Shown here: piece after piece, positions 35,326 through 49,206 of the stretch | Position numbering within the stretch: the first letter of the stretch is position 1 | Layout: each line of letters opens with the position of its first letter | Assembly: GCA_964016885.1 (NCBI GenBank) | Contig: OZ024745.1 | Location: 58,032,001 to 58,096,000, forward strand | DNA: 64,000 bases | Reading direction: 5' to 3' | Source: Eledone cirrhosa | Taxonomy: Eukaryota | Translations under genes and position numbers: made by a program | Notes under the pieces: generated by a model | What the model was told of the DNA's origin: nothing | Database searches by the model: none | Seen by the model: the letters and a program-made list of their open reading frames with translations, nothing else

Positions 35326-35513
35326 TTGTTTCTACATTGGGCACAAGACCAGCAATTATTCAGTGTATTACTGGTACTTTATTTTATCGACCGCGTAAGG
35401 ATGAAACGGAAAGTTAACCTCGGCGGGATTTGAACTCAGAATGGCAAGGGCCGTAACTCTATGCGTCAAAGCATAGCATCCGACCCTCTACCGATATTGC
35501 CAATCCACCGCCC
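35326..35513 (-). mobile_element. SINE, full copy
   Basis: Reverse complement of the 30228 family. Confidence 0.85.
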
Positions 35514-35579
35514 TATACATCAAAAATGTTGTCCTATATGCCCGTAAAAAGAGTAGTTGATAACTGGTGAAATGCCTTT

Positions 35580-36060
35580 CATCCCGCCGAGGTTAACTTT
35601 GCCGTTCATCCTTACGGGGTCTATAAAATAAAGTACCAGTAATACACTGGGATAATTGTTGGCCTTGTGCCAAAAGTAGAAACAATTATTAGGTCCACTC
35701 AGGGCAGTGGATTGGCAGAATCGGTAGAGCATCGGACACCATGCTTTGCAACATAATTTTTCGGCCCTTTATGGTCTCAATTCAAATCCGCCGAGGTTAA
35801 CTTTGCCTTGCATCCTTACTGGGTCGATAAAATAAAGTACCAGTCACGCACAGGGGTCGATTTAATCGACTTTCCCCTCCCCAAAATTGCTGGCCTTGTG
35901 CCTATATAAGAAACCATTATTAGGTCTACTCAAGTGTGGTGGATGGGCAGAATCGGTAGAGCGTCGGACAACACGCTTAGCAGCATAGAGTTATGGCCCT
36001 TTACGTTCTGAGTTCAAATCCCCCCCCCTAAAATAGAAAACGTTATCAGGTCTACTCAAT
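35580..36060 (+). mobile_element. Tandem cluster of three SINE units (3' half, full copy, deleted copy)
   Basis: Units are joined by the linker ATTATTAGGTC(C/T)ACTCA; A/B boxes and central domain are visible. Confidence 0.8.
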
Positions 36061-36099
36061 CAGATTTGAGCTGGGATTAAACATCATATTCATCATCAA

Positions 36100-36122
36100 C
36101 ATCATCAATAACAACAACAACA

Positions 36123-36181
<59 letters not shown>

Positions 36182-36192
36182 AGCTACTACTA
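36100..36192. repeat. (CAA)n-(CTA)n microsatellite
   Basis: Direct reading. Confidence 0.9.
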
Positions 36193-36618
36193 GAGTAACG
36201 TGAGGGTAAGAAGCAATAGCTTATTAGTTCTTCGCTATTATTTTATACGGCTCTCAGTATAAACAGACGCCAACCTATAAACAGTCATATTTAATATTTT
36301 GATGCAACAACATATTTTTCTTCATCATCAAAAGACAAATTACTGAATCATAAATTCAGCAACACTTACGATATTTTTATCACTTTCCGCTCAGATCCTT
36401 ATCTCAACCTTTTACACTTGACTTCAGTGTTGATAAAGTTACAACTCTTCTTAGATGATAATCCAGATACAAAATGCTTCTTCAAATAACCGCTAAGATT
36501 GTTGTTCTTTTATCTTCAAGGTAAAGAAAAACGTAAAAAAAATATCTAAGCATAAAACAATTGCACGCATAGTAAATATTTCGTTTAATAGATGTGTACA
36601 TATATATATATATATAAG

Positions 36619-36683
<65 letters not shown>

Positions 36684-36844
36684 TCGTAAAGTGCTCTAGA
36701 ATGTGGGATGAATCATACATCTCATCGAAAAAGTACAAACATATTTCAAGAGGTAAATATTTAGAATACACACTTCTCAAAAAGCATTTTAATTTCAGCG
36801 TCTTAATTCTAAAACTAAGCGTTCATATAAATATACATAACTAA

Positions 36845-37172
<328 letters not shown>

Positions 37173-37465
37173 TATATACCGACCGCGGCGCCAAGTGGTT
37201 TCGGCTTGCGTTTTCAGAAGCCAAGCGGAGGTGTAGTAATATTTGCAGGGTGTGTAAAAGTAGGTCACTACCATTTGTACTGATTTACGCAAATGTATCA
37301 TAGTTGTAAACTGGGTGGAGTAGGGGTGGTTAGTGGGTACGAATGGAGTAGGGGGATAAGGGGTGTAATGGTCATAAGAATAGGGGTGGAGGGGTGAAAG
37401 GTAAGACTATGTACAGACAGGGATTTGAGATTGAAGGAGTATTTTGAAGAAAAGTATACAGTATA

Positions 37466-37540
37466 AAGGGCGGTGCCCCAGTATGGCCTCAGCCGGATGG
37501 CTGAAACAGGTAAAAGAGTAAAAGAGTAAAAGAGTAAAAT
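37466..37540 (+). mobile_element. 3' end of a second SINE/LINE family with (GAGTAAAA)n tail
   Basis: GGCGGTGCCCCAGTATGGCC...GCTGAAACAGGTAAAAGAGTAAAAGAGTAAAA resembles octopus SINE 3' ends (from memory). Confidence 0.55.
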
Positions 37541-38139
37541 GTGGGTTGTATAGAAGTAAATTGAGGAAATCGTTAAGCAAATTTGTAAGCAGATGAGTTG
37601 TTAGCATAAAATATGATAAAATAAGATCATGTAAAATTTAAGGGTTTAAAATAGATAAAGTGGATAATATGGGCGTGTAACCTGTGATAAAGTGCATGTA
37701 TTATCTGTACGCATACTGCATACACACTAGTACACACAGATATACCGGGGAGTTTTAGAAGGTTTTATATAGAAATGCATGAATAAATAAATCAAGTATT
37801 ACTTTAATGAAAGAAATGGGGCGAGGCTAAGATGGTAGATAGAAGAGTAGTTGAACTATGTGAATTATATACACTGGATGGATAAATGAGTGGATAAAGT
37901 ATACACACACAGCCACAAGCACATTCATACATGTACACATACATACCTCTGTGTACACAAACATATACAAACACACACACACACACACACCATACATGAT
38001 ACATGCACATTCACATACTTTGAGTACTTCCATGATTAATGGTCTCCCCGGTCTCAGTACCGCAGACACTTTCTCTCTCTCCCTCTCTCTCTCTCTCTTT
38101 CTCTATCTTCATATATATATATATATATATATTTCTGCA

Positions 38140-38325
38140 TCATTGCGCCTTCAGCCAGTCTCTCCAAGTTCTCCATAACAATCTTCAGAGTTTTAATATT
38201 GTCTTTTATGACATCCTTAAACCACTTCTTTGGTTTATGCTGAGGCCTTTTTCCTCTGATCAGCTCCCCCATCAAAATTTCAGAAAACCACCAAGTGACC
38301 GTATATATAAAGAATACTGAAGAGT
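38140..38325 (-). pseudogene. RTE-clade LINE C-terminal relic
   Basis: EILMGELIRGKRPQHKPKKWFKDVIKDNIK matches the RTE/BovB C-terminal LYGEL..GKR....KKRFKD pattern. Confidence 0.65.
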
Positions 38326-38784
38326 TTACACATTGAGAAGGGAAAGAAAGAAAGAAGGAAGGAAAGAAAGTAAGAAAGAAAGAAAGAAGGAAAGACAGAA
38401 AGAATAGTAGAAAAACATAGAGGTAGAGCAAACATTATTGTGTAATGTCCATATATGTCTCACTGGATTTCATTTGTTAATTATACGAAAATATCGCCAA
38501 ATCTCTCACCATATATTATAAATACAGTATATGTCATCGGCTGCTAGAGAATCATAAACAAACCATTTTGTTATCGTGTTATCGTGCTATCGTGCCATTG
38601 TGTATCAAATGTTATATGATGAGATATGTAGATGTAAGTCTTCACAAAGGCATTTCTGTCTTGCATTGGTTGGCTTTGCAGTTCTTAATCGAATAGATGT
38701 AGATTTGAGAGAGATTCTGGTGCGCTTCATCTTCTTTTCGTATCTTCGAAGCATGTGGTTATATGACAGTTTCCCATTTCTTTA

Positions 38785-39010
38785 TACAGTTGCATTATTA
38801 TTAAATTCTGCGAGGTCTTTTAAGCTGCACTGGTTGGGTAGTAGAGGGCAAACAAGGCAGTGCTGCATCGTATGGTACTCCTCTCCGCATTCGCAGATGG
38901 TTGGGCCGGTCTTGTAGCCCCATCTGGCTATAGCAGCTTTTGATCATCCCATTCCTGTTCTCAGGTGGTTGAGTGTATGCCACTGATGCGCTTATATTCT
39001 GTGTCCAACA
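38785..39010 (-). pseudogene. Non-LTR retrotransposon C-terminal relic (CxC...H...C), clade uncertain
   Basis: Manual translation WHTLNHLRTGMG*SKAAIARWGYKTGPTICECGEEYHTMQHCLVCP. Confidence 0.55.
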
Positions 39011-39727
39011 ATCGCATATTAAATAATTTCTTCACATATTCTATTATTATATAAATAGTAATTTTATGTGTAAACAAAGTTTCGAATTTCACCGCCTACA
39101 GGTGTCCTAGAGATGTTCTGAATATAACAGGATGGCATAAATATAAAGAAAGATATTATCGGTAAACTTAGATATGAAACAACGGAAGCATGCTGAGTGC
39201 ATCAATAGTTTTACTGATTAACAATGTAACAATACACGCGATATACGGTTCACACTCAACATTGGTGTTCTAAACATAAAATCCAGTATTTTCTCCACAA
39301 ATATCTCGGATTTATATAAATAACAACGATGGTAGCACCTCTAGTAAACGCAGAAACAACAACCGAATATTTAAAAAAAAATCGGCATTGTTTGAATATG
39401 AAGATATGACAGAAATTCCAAGACAACAAAAACAACTACATGGAATTTCGTGTAGTGTTTCCAACTACGTTATATAATTCTTTTTAACATCTTATATAAC
39501 GTTAATTTTCCTACCAACCTCAAATATCTACTTCCTAATAATTTGGCCAGAAAACCCTGCCCAATTACATTAAATGTTGTAATGATATCTTTTCACCCTC
39601 TGGCCGTCTATTATCAGTTCTCATATTAGCCACGAGGCAAAAGATTAAAATATTTGAACAAATCACATTACATAGTTCCTACTTGTTTTTTAACATTTTT
39701 ATGCACAAATGTCCTATTAACAAATGG

Positions 39728-39925
39728 TTTCACAAGGCCAGCAATTTCTTTTGGGGGAAGGGAAAAGTCGATGAAATTGACACCAGTACTTTATTTTATC
39801 GACCCCGTAAGGATGAAAGGCAAAGTTAACCTCGGCGGGTTTTGAACTCAGATCATAAAGGGCCGTAACTCTATGCGGCAAAGCATGGCGTCCGACCCTC
39901 TACCGATACTGCCAATCCACCGCCC
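39728..39925 (-). mobile_element. SINE, full copy
   Basis: Reverse complement of the 30228 family. Confidence 0.85.
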
Positions 39926-41211
39926 TCCTATTAACAAATAATACATTCAATTATTTACTGAAGAAAATACACAAAATTGCGTAAATGCAATATTGTGTTT
40001 GGAGACTAACCATTTAGCAAGCCACATAATACCATCAAGCACTTTATCACAGTTCTGTGAGCTAGGGTCTGTAGCTATTCGGTCCTGCAGACTATGTAGA
40101 TTATAAATCAAGCTCATATTTATATTTTCAATATTAAAAGCCCGGTCCAATTTCTTTAAGGTTAACGTAAATTTGATTTTCGGTTGACTGGGAAATATCT
40201 GCATCAACAGACTTATCAATACGGTAGAAATCATTGAAGGTTCGTGCCCATATGTAACAAAATAAGATAACGTTTTGTGTTTGATCTTGCTTTTTATTAG
40301 AGTAACTTAATCAACTAATGAACCCTTCATCTAATTTGACAGAAACTGAAGATGAGCTACATATATAGTGAAGTAAACTAAGGTGGATTAACATAGTCAC
40401 TAGACTTGTTGCGAGGTTAGATCCTATCTTATTTGATTATATGATAGAGGAATTTCCAGGCCCATTCAAGAAATCTGTGCGTGGAACTCAAATTGTGTGC
40501 TGCATATTTCAAGGGCGTCTTAGGTAAGGCAAGATTTAGATAATTTTTCTAATGTTAAAAGGTTCTTTACTTCTGAAATAATTGATAGTTATACTGACAA
40601 GCCTACATTCACAGAGATAATCACATACTTATACACATATAGAAATATACATATACAAATACTAACGTTAGCACAACGGTCAATGTTTTGAAAAGTTAAA
40701 TGAATATCAGTCACCATATCTCTTTGCACAATAAAGAGATCAGGGTGCAGTATCACGCTCTTGCGATGAACACTATTCAGTGAAGATAGCTTTTCCTTTC
40801 AATAACGTTTCTTTTTAGAGACACCAGTTTGGAGTTTTCCCCTTACACTAGCAGAATTATTTGTTTTCGGTACATTATACTAATATTTCACTCCATTTTA
40901 TATCACACGATTCTGAAGGCTGGAAATAAAGTTTTGAAGCTGTCCTAACTTCCCCAACGACATCAACAGTGTGAATCAATTGAGTTAGTTTCATCTAAAA
41001 AAAGATGTCGAAGTGTAGATGCGTCTTCCTAGAAGCTAACTGCGTTTCCTGGCCATACGTCAGAAAAATTAGAAAAAAAACATACTTTCGTAGCTATGAG
41101 TAGGTATGAAAATTTCAGAAAGAAAATGGAAAATGGAATGAATTTCTAACAAATTTGAAAATTTAGAAAAAAGTTACTTCAAGTATTTAAGGATTAATCT
41201 CATTCAAAATA

Positions 41212-41368
<157 letters not shown>

Positions 41369-43229
41369 CAAAACAAAATTCTGATGAATTTAGTTGCTTC
41401 ATAAATAATGGCTGAATAGCTAGTAGACATTTTTTAAAAATATTATTCATTTCTTTTATTCAATTCAAAACAGAGCAAAATCAAAACGAAGTAAAATATA
41501 GTTTGACTCATTATTGAAAATACAATATTCTTTCTTTCTATGTATAGTTTGTTCTAAGTATTTTTAAATTACTATTTTCCACTAATATTCTTTAGTGTGT
41601 ATATTGTTGGTTATATAATTCTAGATACGTTGTGTAGAACACTGCGGAGATATTATATGTAGAACAGAACGAGAGCTGATATGAAAGAGATTTTTAAATC
41701 TGATGAAGAGTGTCACAATGATAATACTTGACAATATTTTGTACCTCCAATTGAGGGTCAGTTTGCCAAAGTCTCATTTATAAAGCATTTAAAGAAATAC
41801 GAACAATATCTCGAATATTGAAATAGTATTGTTAAATCTAACATATGACACTAGATAAAATACAAAATAAATGGTATTCTCATATCGCTCTATATTATTT
41901 AGATCATTTAAAGGGGTTACATTTTCACTCACAGAAAATATTTACTTTCATTCAAGTATATCCACAGCATTCAAGTATATCCAAAAATTATGTGAAACTT
42001 GGCATTTGCACTCTCTACTCAGGCATCTCCTTCAGTTTCCACATTCTATTACGAGATTTTATGCATTTAACATTGGTCAGTTCATTTTAGTGATTAGCTT
42101 CTGTCTATGGAAAGGTTAGCATTTATTTTAATTCTAAGATGATATATGGGTAGTTTCTTTTTAACTTGGGTTAGTGTAACTTTCACAAAGCTATAAGCAA
42201 ATACATTGTATTTATAGAAGTCAAGCTCTAAACAATGACCGTCCAGGTCGTTAAAAATTTGATAGGACATATATTGGGATTACGTGTTCCTTTATTTCAA
42301 AGCGAAACCATTAACTGTAAGATATTATGAGCTACTTAAATCTCTATCCCTACATTTTAGTTTTATAATATTTGATTTTGTTGCCTTTCGTTTTATTTAA
42401 ATGGACATTCATCAAATTTATCGTGACTCTTGTTGACCTGCATTTTATTACGAAATAGCCAATAAAACTTTTCTTCAAGAAGGTATGAGGCTTGTGATAG
42501 AATATATTTCCTATGAATCCAGATACTCATTAATTATCATATGAATATTTAATATTTCCTCTTTGTAATCTTTCATATTTCCACCTTCTTGGCCTGTTCG
42601 CTATCGTCAAGAAATAAATGCAAGCTACATAGAAACATTCCTAGTTAGGAAATATATATTGCCCATCTTCATATCCATTAATTCTTGAAATATTTTGTGA
42701 AACTAAGAAACTTTCAGCCTAACACATATATCTCGCTCAGTCTGTGTTATGTTATCCTCGTGTGCTATTGAAATTCCTACTAACATTGCAACGTGACATT
42801 AGTTTCAGCTACTCACAAATTTCTAAACATGTCAGTATCAAGCACTACATTAAGTCATGATACAACGTTATATTAAAAGATTTTTCAATAGAATGTATAT
42901 ATATATATATATATAATAAACATGAGAAGAAAGAAGAATATATATATATATATATCTTGATGAATATGGTTTGAATTGAAGAATGGTGATTTGGCTGTTA
43001 ATAGCGAGGGAAAGCATTTTGAATGCTTCGTCTGAAAGAAAGACATTATATACATTGTCAAAGACTTTTGATTATAGATTTTCCTCATAATGCGCGTCTG
43101 TGGAGAGTCTAAAACAAATATAGTCGTACGATTATGGCTTGAACTAATCTTTTGTGCGGGTTGTTTATGGAAGTATTTTTTCATGTCAATAATTTGTGAC
43201 ATGTAACGCTTAATCTCACAAAGAGCTTC

Positions 43230-44330
43230 TCCTGTTGCCAGCCGGCACTATCAAAGCAAACATTTTAGATTAGGCGATGCCAACACGATCCGAAAAGGAG
43301 CGGGCTGAGTTCGTCCCTATTGCTGGACACTTGTGGCGATGGTGATCCGTTTAGCAGCAGACATGATAGAGCTGGATGTCTCATGAGAGAGGTATGTGAG
43401 ATGGTGCAACAGTGTAGCACGGCTTAGACGCATCTCTGAAACGTAATCCCATCTAACGCGGTTGAAAGTGTTACGCATGACCAGCTTCACTACGAGATGA
43501 AAGGACAAAGGAAGCTTGTGCTTTATGAAGTGTCTGGCCGCATGAGCAGCCACCTCACTTCCGGACAACTCATACTTCGAGCTGGACAGGGCTGACTACC
43601 TCGTCCAGGTCTTCAACCTAAAGGCTATCATGGCTGCATGTCGCAGAAATATGTTACCTACTGCAATGGATCACATGCCACCGTTACTATTTTTCAACGT
43701 CGTCTAGCTGGTTGAAAATAGAGGATCACGGGCATGACGAGGCAGTTCGGCACGAAGAAACCTACCAGGAAGAGCGCTTATGGACCGTAGCAGCGGTGCT
43801 CCCCCCTCAGCGGAGTGTGATGAGATCAAGTCTCTAAGGTAGCCGGGTCGCAGGCCATCCACTCCACCACTAACGTTCACTAAGAAGGATCTGAGAGCTG
43901 CCAGACCTAGACTAGGCGGCAACACTGTCTGATATCTGGAAGTCTCTGATATTGGCCGGTGGCTTGGGGTAATTGAGAAGGAAAGTGACCCATGGCCTCC
44001 CGTGCGGGATGAAATAATGCTTCGCTCTAGAACAGCATACGCATCGTAGCAGTAGCGTTGTTCTCGATTAATTTGCAGTCGAGTCAGTCACAGAGCCGTT
44101 TCACTAAATCAGAAAGGGACTCCGTGCGCAGCGTTGGCGTAGGTGGGAGAAGCAAGAAGCTGATTGGTGAAGGGTATTAGAAGTTGTCTCTGAGCCTCAA
44201 AGTCAAGATGGGGACTGAACTTTTCCTCGTCATCGGGATCCCAAGTATAAGCGACGCACAATTGAAGAGCTTGTTCCAATCTTGCGGTCTGTTTGTATCG
44301 AGCGCGTGCTCGATTAGAACCCAGTAATTT
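43230..44330 (-). pseudogene. CRE-clade reverse transcriptase relic
   Basis: GGVDGLRPGYLRDL, GGM*SIAVGN, GSEVAAHAAR, KLVMRNTFNRVRWD and TSVQQ are decayed versions of CRE RT motifs (GGIRPIAVG, KLDF.NAFN, GVQQGDP). GC-rich island; ends approximate. Confidence 0.7.
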
Positions 44331-46358
44331 GTGATTAGAAAGCGAACTTCTTATAGCAACATATGTAGCAACAATTGTTTAAATAAGATGATTGTGATAA
44401 AGGATAAAAAAAATATTTTAACCAGTTAGATGTGAACACGTAGTGTTGCATACACTATATCTTTCGTATTTACTGGTAAAGAATGAAGCTAAAATAAATT
44501 ATGATAATATTATAATCATTAATAATATGCGTCGAGAAAAAAAAGTAACAAGTACATAAAAAGAAACAGTCAACTTCAAAGAGTTCACATAATATTTGAA
44601 GCAACACAAAAAGTATATATAATGAAAAGTACTAATATAGTATCTATTTTCAAAGAAAGAGGAAAAAATTTGGCGTCTACGGTTTTAATATATGGTTAAT
44701 TATTGCATTATTGACTATTAAACTAATTAGCGAATGAGAGATAATTTTCATAAGCCATAAGAAACTCATATCTTTGTCTTTTTCTTTTTTTCTGTAATTT
44801 TCACACTTCCTCCAATTCTCTCTCTCCTTAGTCTCCTTTACTTTTCCTCCTCCCATCTCTCTCTATATATATTTATCTGTATCTCTTTCTAAAATAGAAT
44901 ACACACGCACACACGCAAACACGCACATATAATCTCATATATACACAGAAAAGAAAGGAACATAATACATAAAACAGATTTTTATATTTATTGGAAAACA
45001 ATTTACGAACTCATGCTATCGTTACCGGAGTTTAATATAGTCGCATACAGTAGGTATGTTTTTACTGTCGTTCAGACGATATCGTGAAAGATAATGGAAG
45101 ATCTATAAAGTTGGTTCTCCTTGATTAAGGTGTATCGCATAATTGAATTTGTTTCAGAATGCAAAGCCACTGGTTTTGAGTAGTTGTCTCGCAAAGGGAT
45201 GTAAATTAGGGAAATTACTTCACTGTATAAAAGCTGTTTTTAGAGACAATAATTTAATGCTATCGGTCATGATGTTTGATCATCCGCGAATAATAGAATT
45301 GTTTCAAGCGAAAGATCCAGCGTTCGTGACAATTAGATAATACATCTGAGCGCATGTTAAGAGATATCGCGTATTTTTTTCAGTATTTAGAACTTTCCAC
45401 TCAGACATATTCTATAGTTCTCTTACCCTTTAAGGTATGGCTTGTGACAATTGTTGATGTTCTGTACCATTGCTGGGCATATGAGTTTCTGTTACCTGAC
45501 TATCTGTAGAAGATAAATCGAAATTTACTTGTTTCGTGACCTGAATGTGTGAAGATGTTCAAGAAAATCATCCGTGAATAAACTTTAAGTTAGATGACGT
45601 ACACATATTTTCGATGATATACAGAGGGGTTTGGTGGCACGGTACATCATATTAATATCCATGTTCAGATACATGAAAATGTTTTGACAGCTGTGGGTTG
45701 TTTTATGGGATGGTGTTGTTTAGGATTATCTTGTGATTTTGGAAAAGATATGGTGTCCATACATGAATAAGTGACTTTAAGTTTGTGTAAGTTTAAAAAA
45801 TCAAAGTATTTGCGTATGAATAGGAAGTGTGTTCATATTAGTATTACGAATATATGGCTATGGACGTGGTTAATTGTAGGCTGTATGGTCTATTAGATCG
45901 CAGTACATTCTTCTTCAAGGTTCTGTTCTGAGGTGTGATGACTTGAGTCTTATTCGATTTGTAACTAATTGTAACTAAAGCCAATCCTGGCTTAACCGCC
46001 CTTATAACAAGTAGCTGGTCTATTGAATACATCGCCAAATATATATTCTTATTAACCTTTTCTGAAATGTAAGAATCCGCTAATGATTTCTCAACTCAAC
46101 ATGATTAAAATATTGTAATTGGTCACCGAGCGATGTACATGGATCATTAAGTATATGGGGAGAGGTCATACGTATAAACATATGCTGAAGTTGGGGGTCG
46201 TAGAAATCGAGTAGAAAAGAATAGAAAAGAGAGGCTAAAATTTGGGAAGTGTATAGAGGAAGGGGTATATATATATATAGCATATATCTTTTATTTTAGC
46301 ACTGTTTAGTGCTAAAACAGTGCTAAAATAAAAGATATATGCTATATATATATATATT

Positions 46359-46419
<61 letters not shown>

Positions 46420-46424
<5 letters not shown>

Positions 46425-46620
46425 AACGAGTAGGACCCCGACGGCTAAGTTCAAGCCGTTTCGGCGGCTAATTCTGGACTCAGTCCAGAGTTAGCCATCG
46501 AAACGGCTTGAGCTCAGCCGTCGGGGTCCTACTCGTTCCTATTTCCCACTCTACTACCCTAAGTATTGATTACTTTGGTGCGTTATGGTCCATCTGGTTC
46601 CTTACCACATTTCCTTCGTT
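46420..46620. mobile_element. ~200-bp repeat with terminal ~122-bp hairpin inside (TA)n, copy 2
   Basis: Inverted homolog of 36879-37074. Confidence 0.75.
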
Positions 46621-46627
46621 ATATATA

Positions 46628-47293
<666 letters not shown>

Positions 47294-47496
47294 AATAATA
47301 CATAACTGACTCCATAATTCTAGAGCAATTATTATTATTGTTTTTATTTTCTTTCATTATTGTTTCTGAGATATATGCCGAGTGTCTTCCTGACATCTAG
47401 GGCAAATAAATTCACAGTGTGCATTGGTAAGCCAATTAATACAGCACATTGATTATAATTTTTTAAAAAAAGAAGAAAAAAAAGAAAAGAAAAAAA

Positions 47497-47538
<42 letters not shown>

Positions 47539-47539
<1 letters not shown>

Positions 47540-48375
47540 TTTCAGTCTCAGTCATGTATATTATTTAACTGGAAAGTTTGTTGAAATGAATATCAAGCCG
47601 CTACCTGCAGCTTCAGATATTCAGGAAGGATCCGAGGGTTCTTGCTGTTCCCAGCATACATGCCTTTTGAAGTTTTCCAAAAAGCGAGGCTGGACTAATC
47701 TTCTTTAACCATCCTTGGAAACTCTTTGAGATAGTACCTATTGCTCCTATGACAATCGAGACCACTTTGACTTCATGGCAGTTCCAAATCCTTTTTACCT
47801 CCCACTTTAAGTCCTGGTATCGGTTAATTTTCTCCCTCTCCTTTTCTTGCACTCTCGTGTCGAATGAGCAGGCTACATCTACAATCAGGCATGATCTTTT
47901 TTCCTTGTCCAAAACCACCAGGTCAGGTCTATTGTGTTCCAGTCTCTTGTCCGTATGTATCCTAAAATCCCACAGCACCTTCACCTGATCGTTTTCCATC
48001 ACCGACTCTGGCTTATGCTCATACCACTTCTCAGAATGTGGTAAATTGTTTACTTTGCATAGATGCCAGTGGATCACCCTGCCCATCACATCATGTCTCC
48101 AGCCTTTATAGTGAGTCTGGGCTAGCTGTTTACACTCGGATACAATGTGAGCCACAGTCTCCTCTCTCTCTCCACAGATCATACAGTGGGCTAGCCTCCT
48201 CCTTGTAAATATGGCGTTTCACCCACGTCGTTCTGAGGGCCTGATCTTGCGCATCCATTAGCATTCCTTCTGTAGCCTTTTTAAGGTCTCCTCTTTTTAA
48301 GCAGTTCCATGTCTGTGGATCTCTAAATTCAGTTTTCTCAAAGAAGCTACTATGAAGGTATGCTATTCCTCCTTG
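47539..48375 (-). mobile_element. R4/Dong-like RLE retrotransposon, family F, 5'-truncated copy F1
   Basis: CCHC remnant ETVAHIVSEC, RHD, RPDLVVLD..LIVDV, KINRYQDL. 3' end abuts (ATT)n 47497-47538. Confidence 0.87.
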
Positions 48376-48436
48376 CTGTTTTTTCCTATTAATATTATTA
48401 TTATTATTTCCTATTATTATTATTGTTATTGTTATT

Positions 48437-48743
48437 CCTTGAATCTCAGTCATTGATGTTGGTTAACTGGAAAGTCCGTTGGATTGAATATCAAGCCACT
48501 ACCTGCAGCCTCAGATATTCAGGACGTATCGGAGGGTTCTTGCTGTTCCAAGCAAGCATGCCTTTTGAAGCGTTCCAAAAAGCGTGAAGGGGCCGATTTT
48601 CTTTAACCATCCCTGGAAACTTTTGGAGATAGTCCCCAGTGCGCCTATGACAATCGGGATCACTTTGACTTCATGGCAGTTCCAAATCCTTTTCACCTCC
48701 CACTTTAGGTCCTGGTATCGGTTAATTTTCTCCCTCTCCTTCT

Positions 48744-48745
<2 letters not shown>
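48437..48745 (-). mobile_element. R4/Dong-like family F, short 3' fragment F2
   Basis: Same C-terminus and 3' UTR as F1, F3 and F4; (ATT)n on both sides. Confidence 0.85.
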
Positions 48746-48795
<50 letters not shown>

Positions 48796-48796
<1 letters not shown>

Positions 48797-49191
48797 AGTT
48801 ACATTTATCTTGCTTTATGTTCATACGAGTTATCACCAAGTCACAACCAGTGACCTCAAGAGACAACAAGGTCCGCCATGTTCAAGAAAGAACATACATA
48901 CACACAAATTCATTTAGACTTGTGATGTACTTATATTGACAGAATCTTCCTTAGTATATGGGAAGTTCCCATTAGTACTATCTTTTGTATTTCTCCTATA
49001 CGCGGGTTTCCTGGGATTTGCGATAAGTAATCATTAGACTCCTTAGGTATCATTCCTAGAGCCCTTACAACCACTGGTATTGTTTAAAGTTCTCAATTTC
49101 CACATATTTCCAATTTCTATCTCCAGGTCCTTATACTTGCTCAATTTTTCAAATGTTTTTATAGATACATTCTTGTCTATTGGAACGGATA
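48796..49191 (-). mobile_element. R4/Dong-like family G, 3' fragment G1
   Basis: Homologous to the 3' ends of G3 and G4. Confidence 0.82.
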
Positions 49192-49206
49192 TTATTATTA
49201 TCATTA

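Noticed and set aside
37178-37400. GC-rich tRNA-like start and G-rich tract (possible G-quadruplex)
   Set aside because: No B box or second copy; the G-runs are irregular and nothing suggests function.
40340-40530. Plus-strand exon candidate ending AG|GTAAGG (LDPILFDYMIEEFPGPFKK...)
   Set aside because: The obvious upstream acceptors put stop codons in frame, and I recognise no homology.
45000-46240. Possible very old Penelope-like RT relic on the minus strand
   Set aside because: Only isolated, weak motif resemblances; cannot be supported without a profile search.
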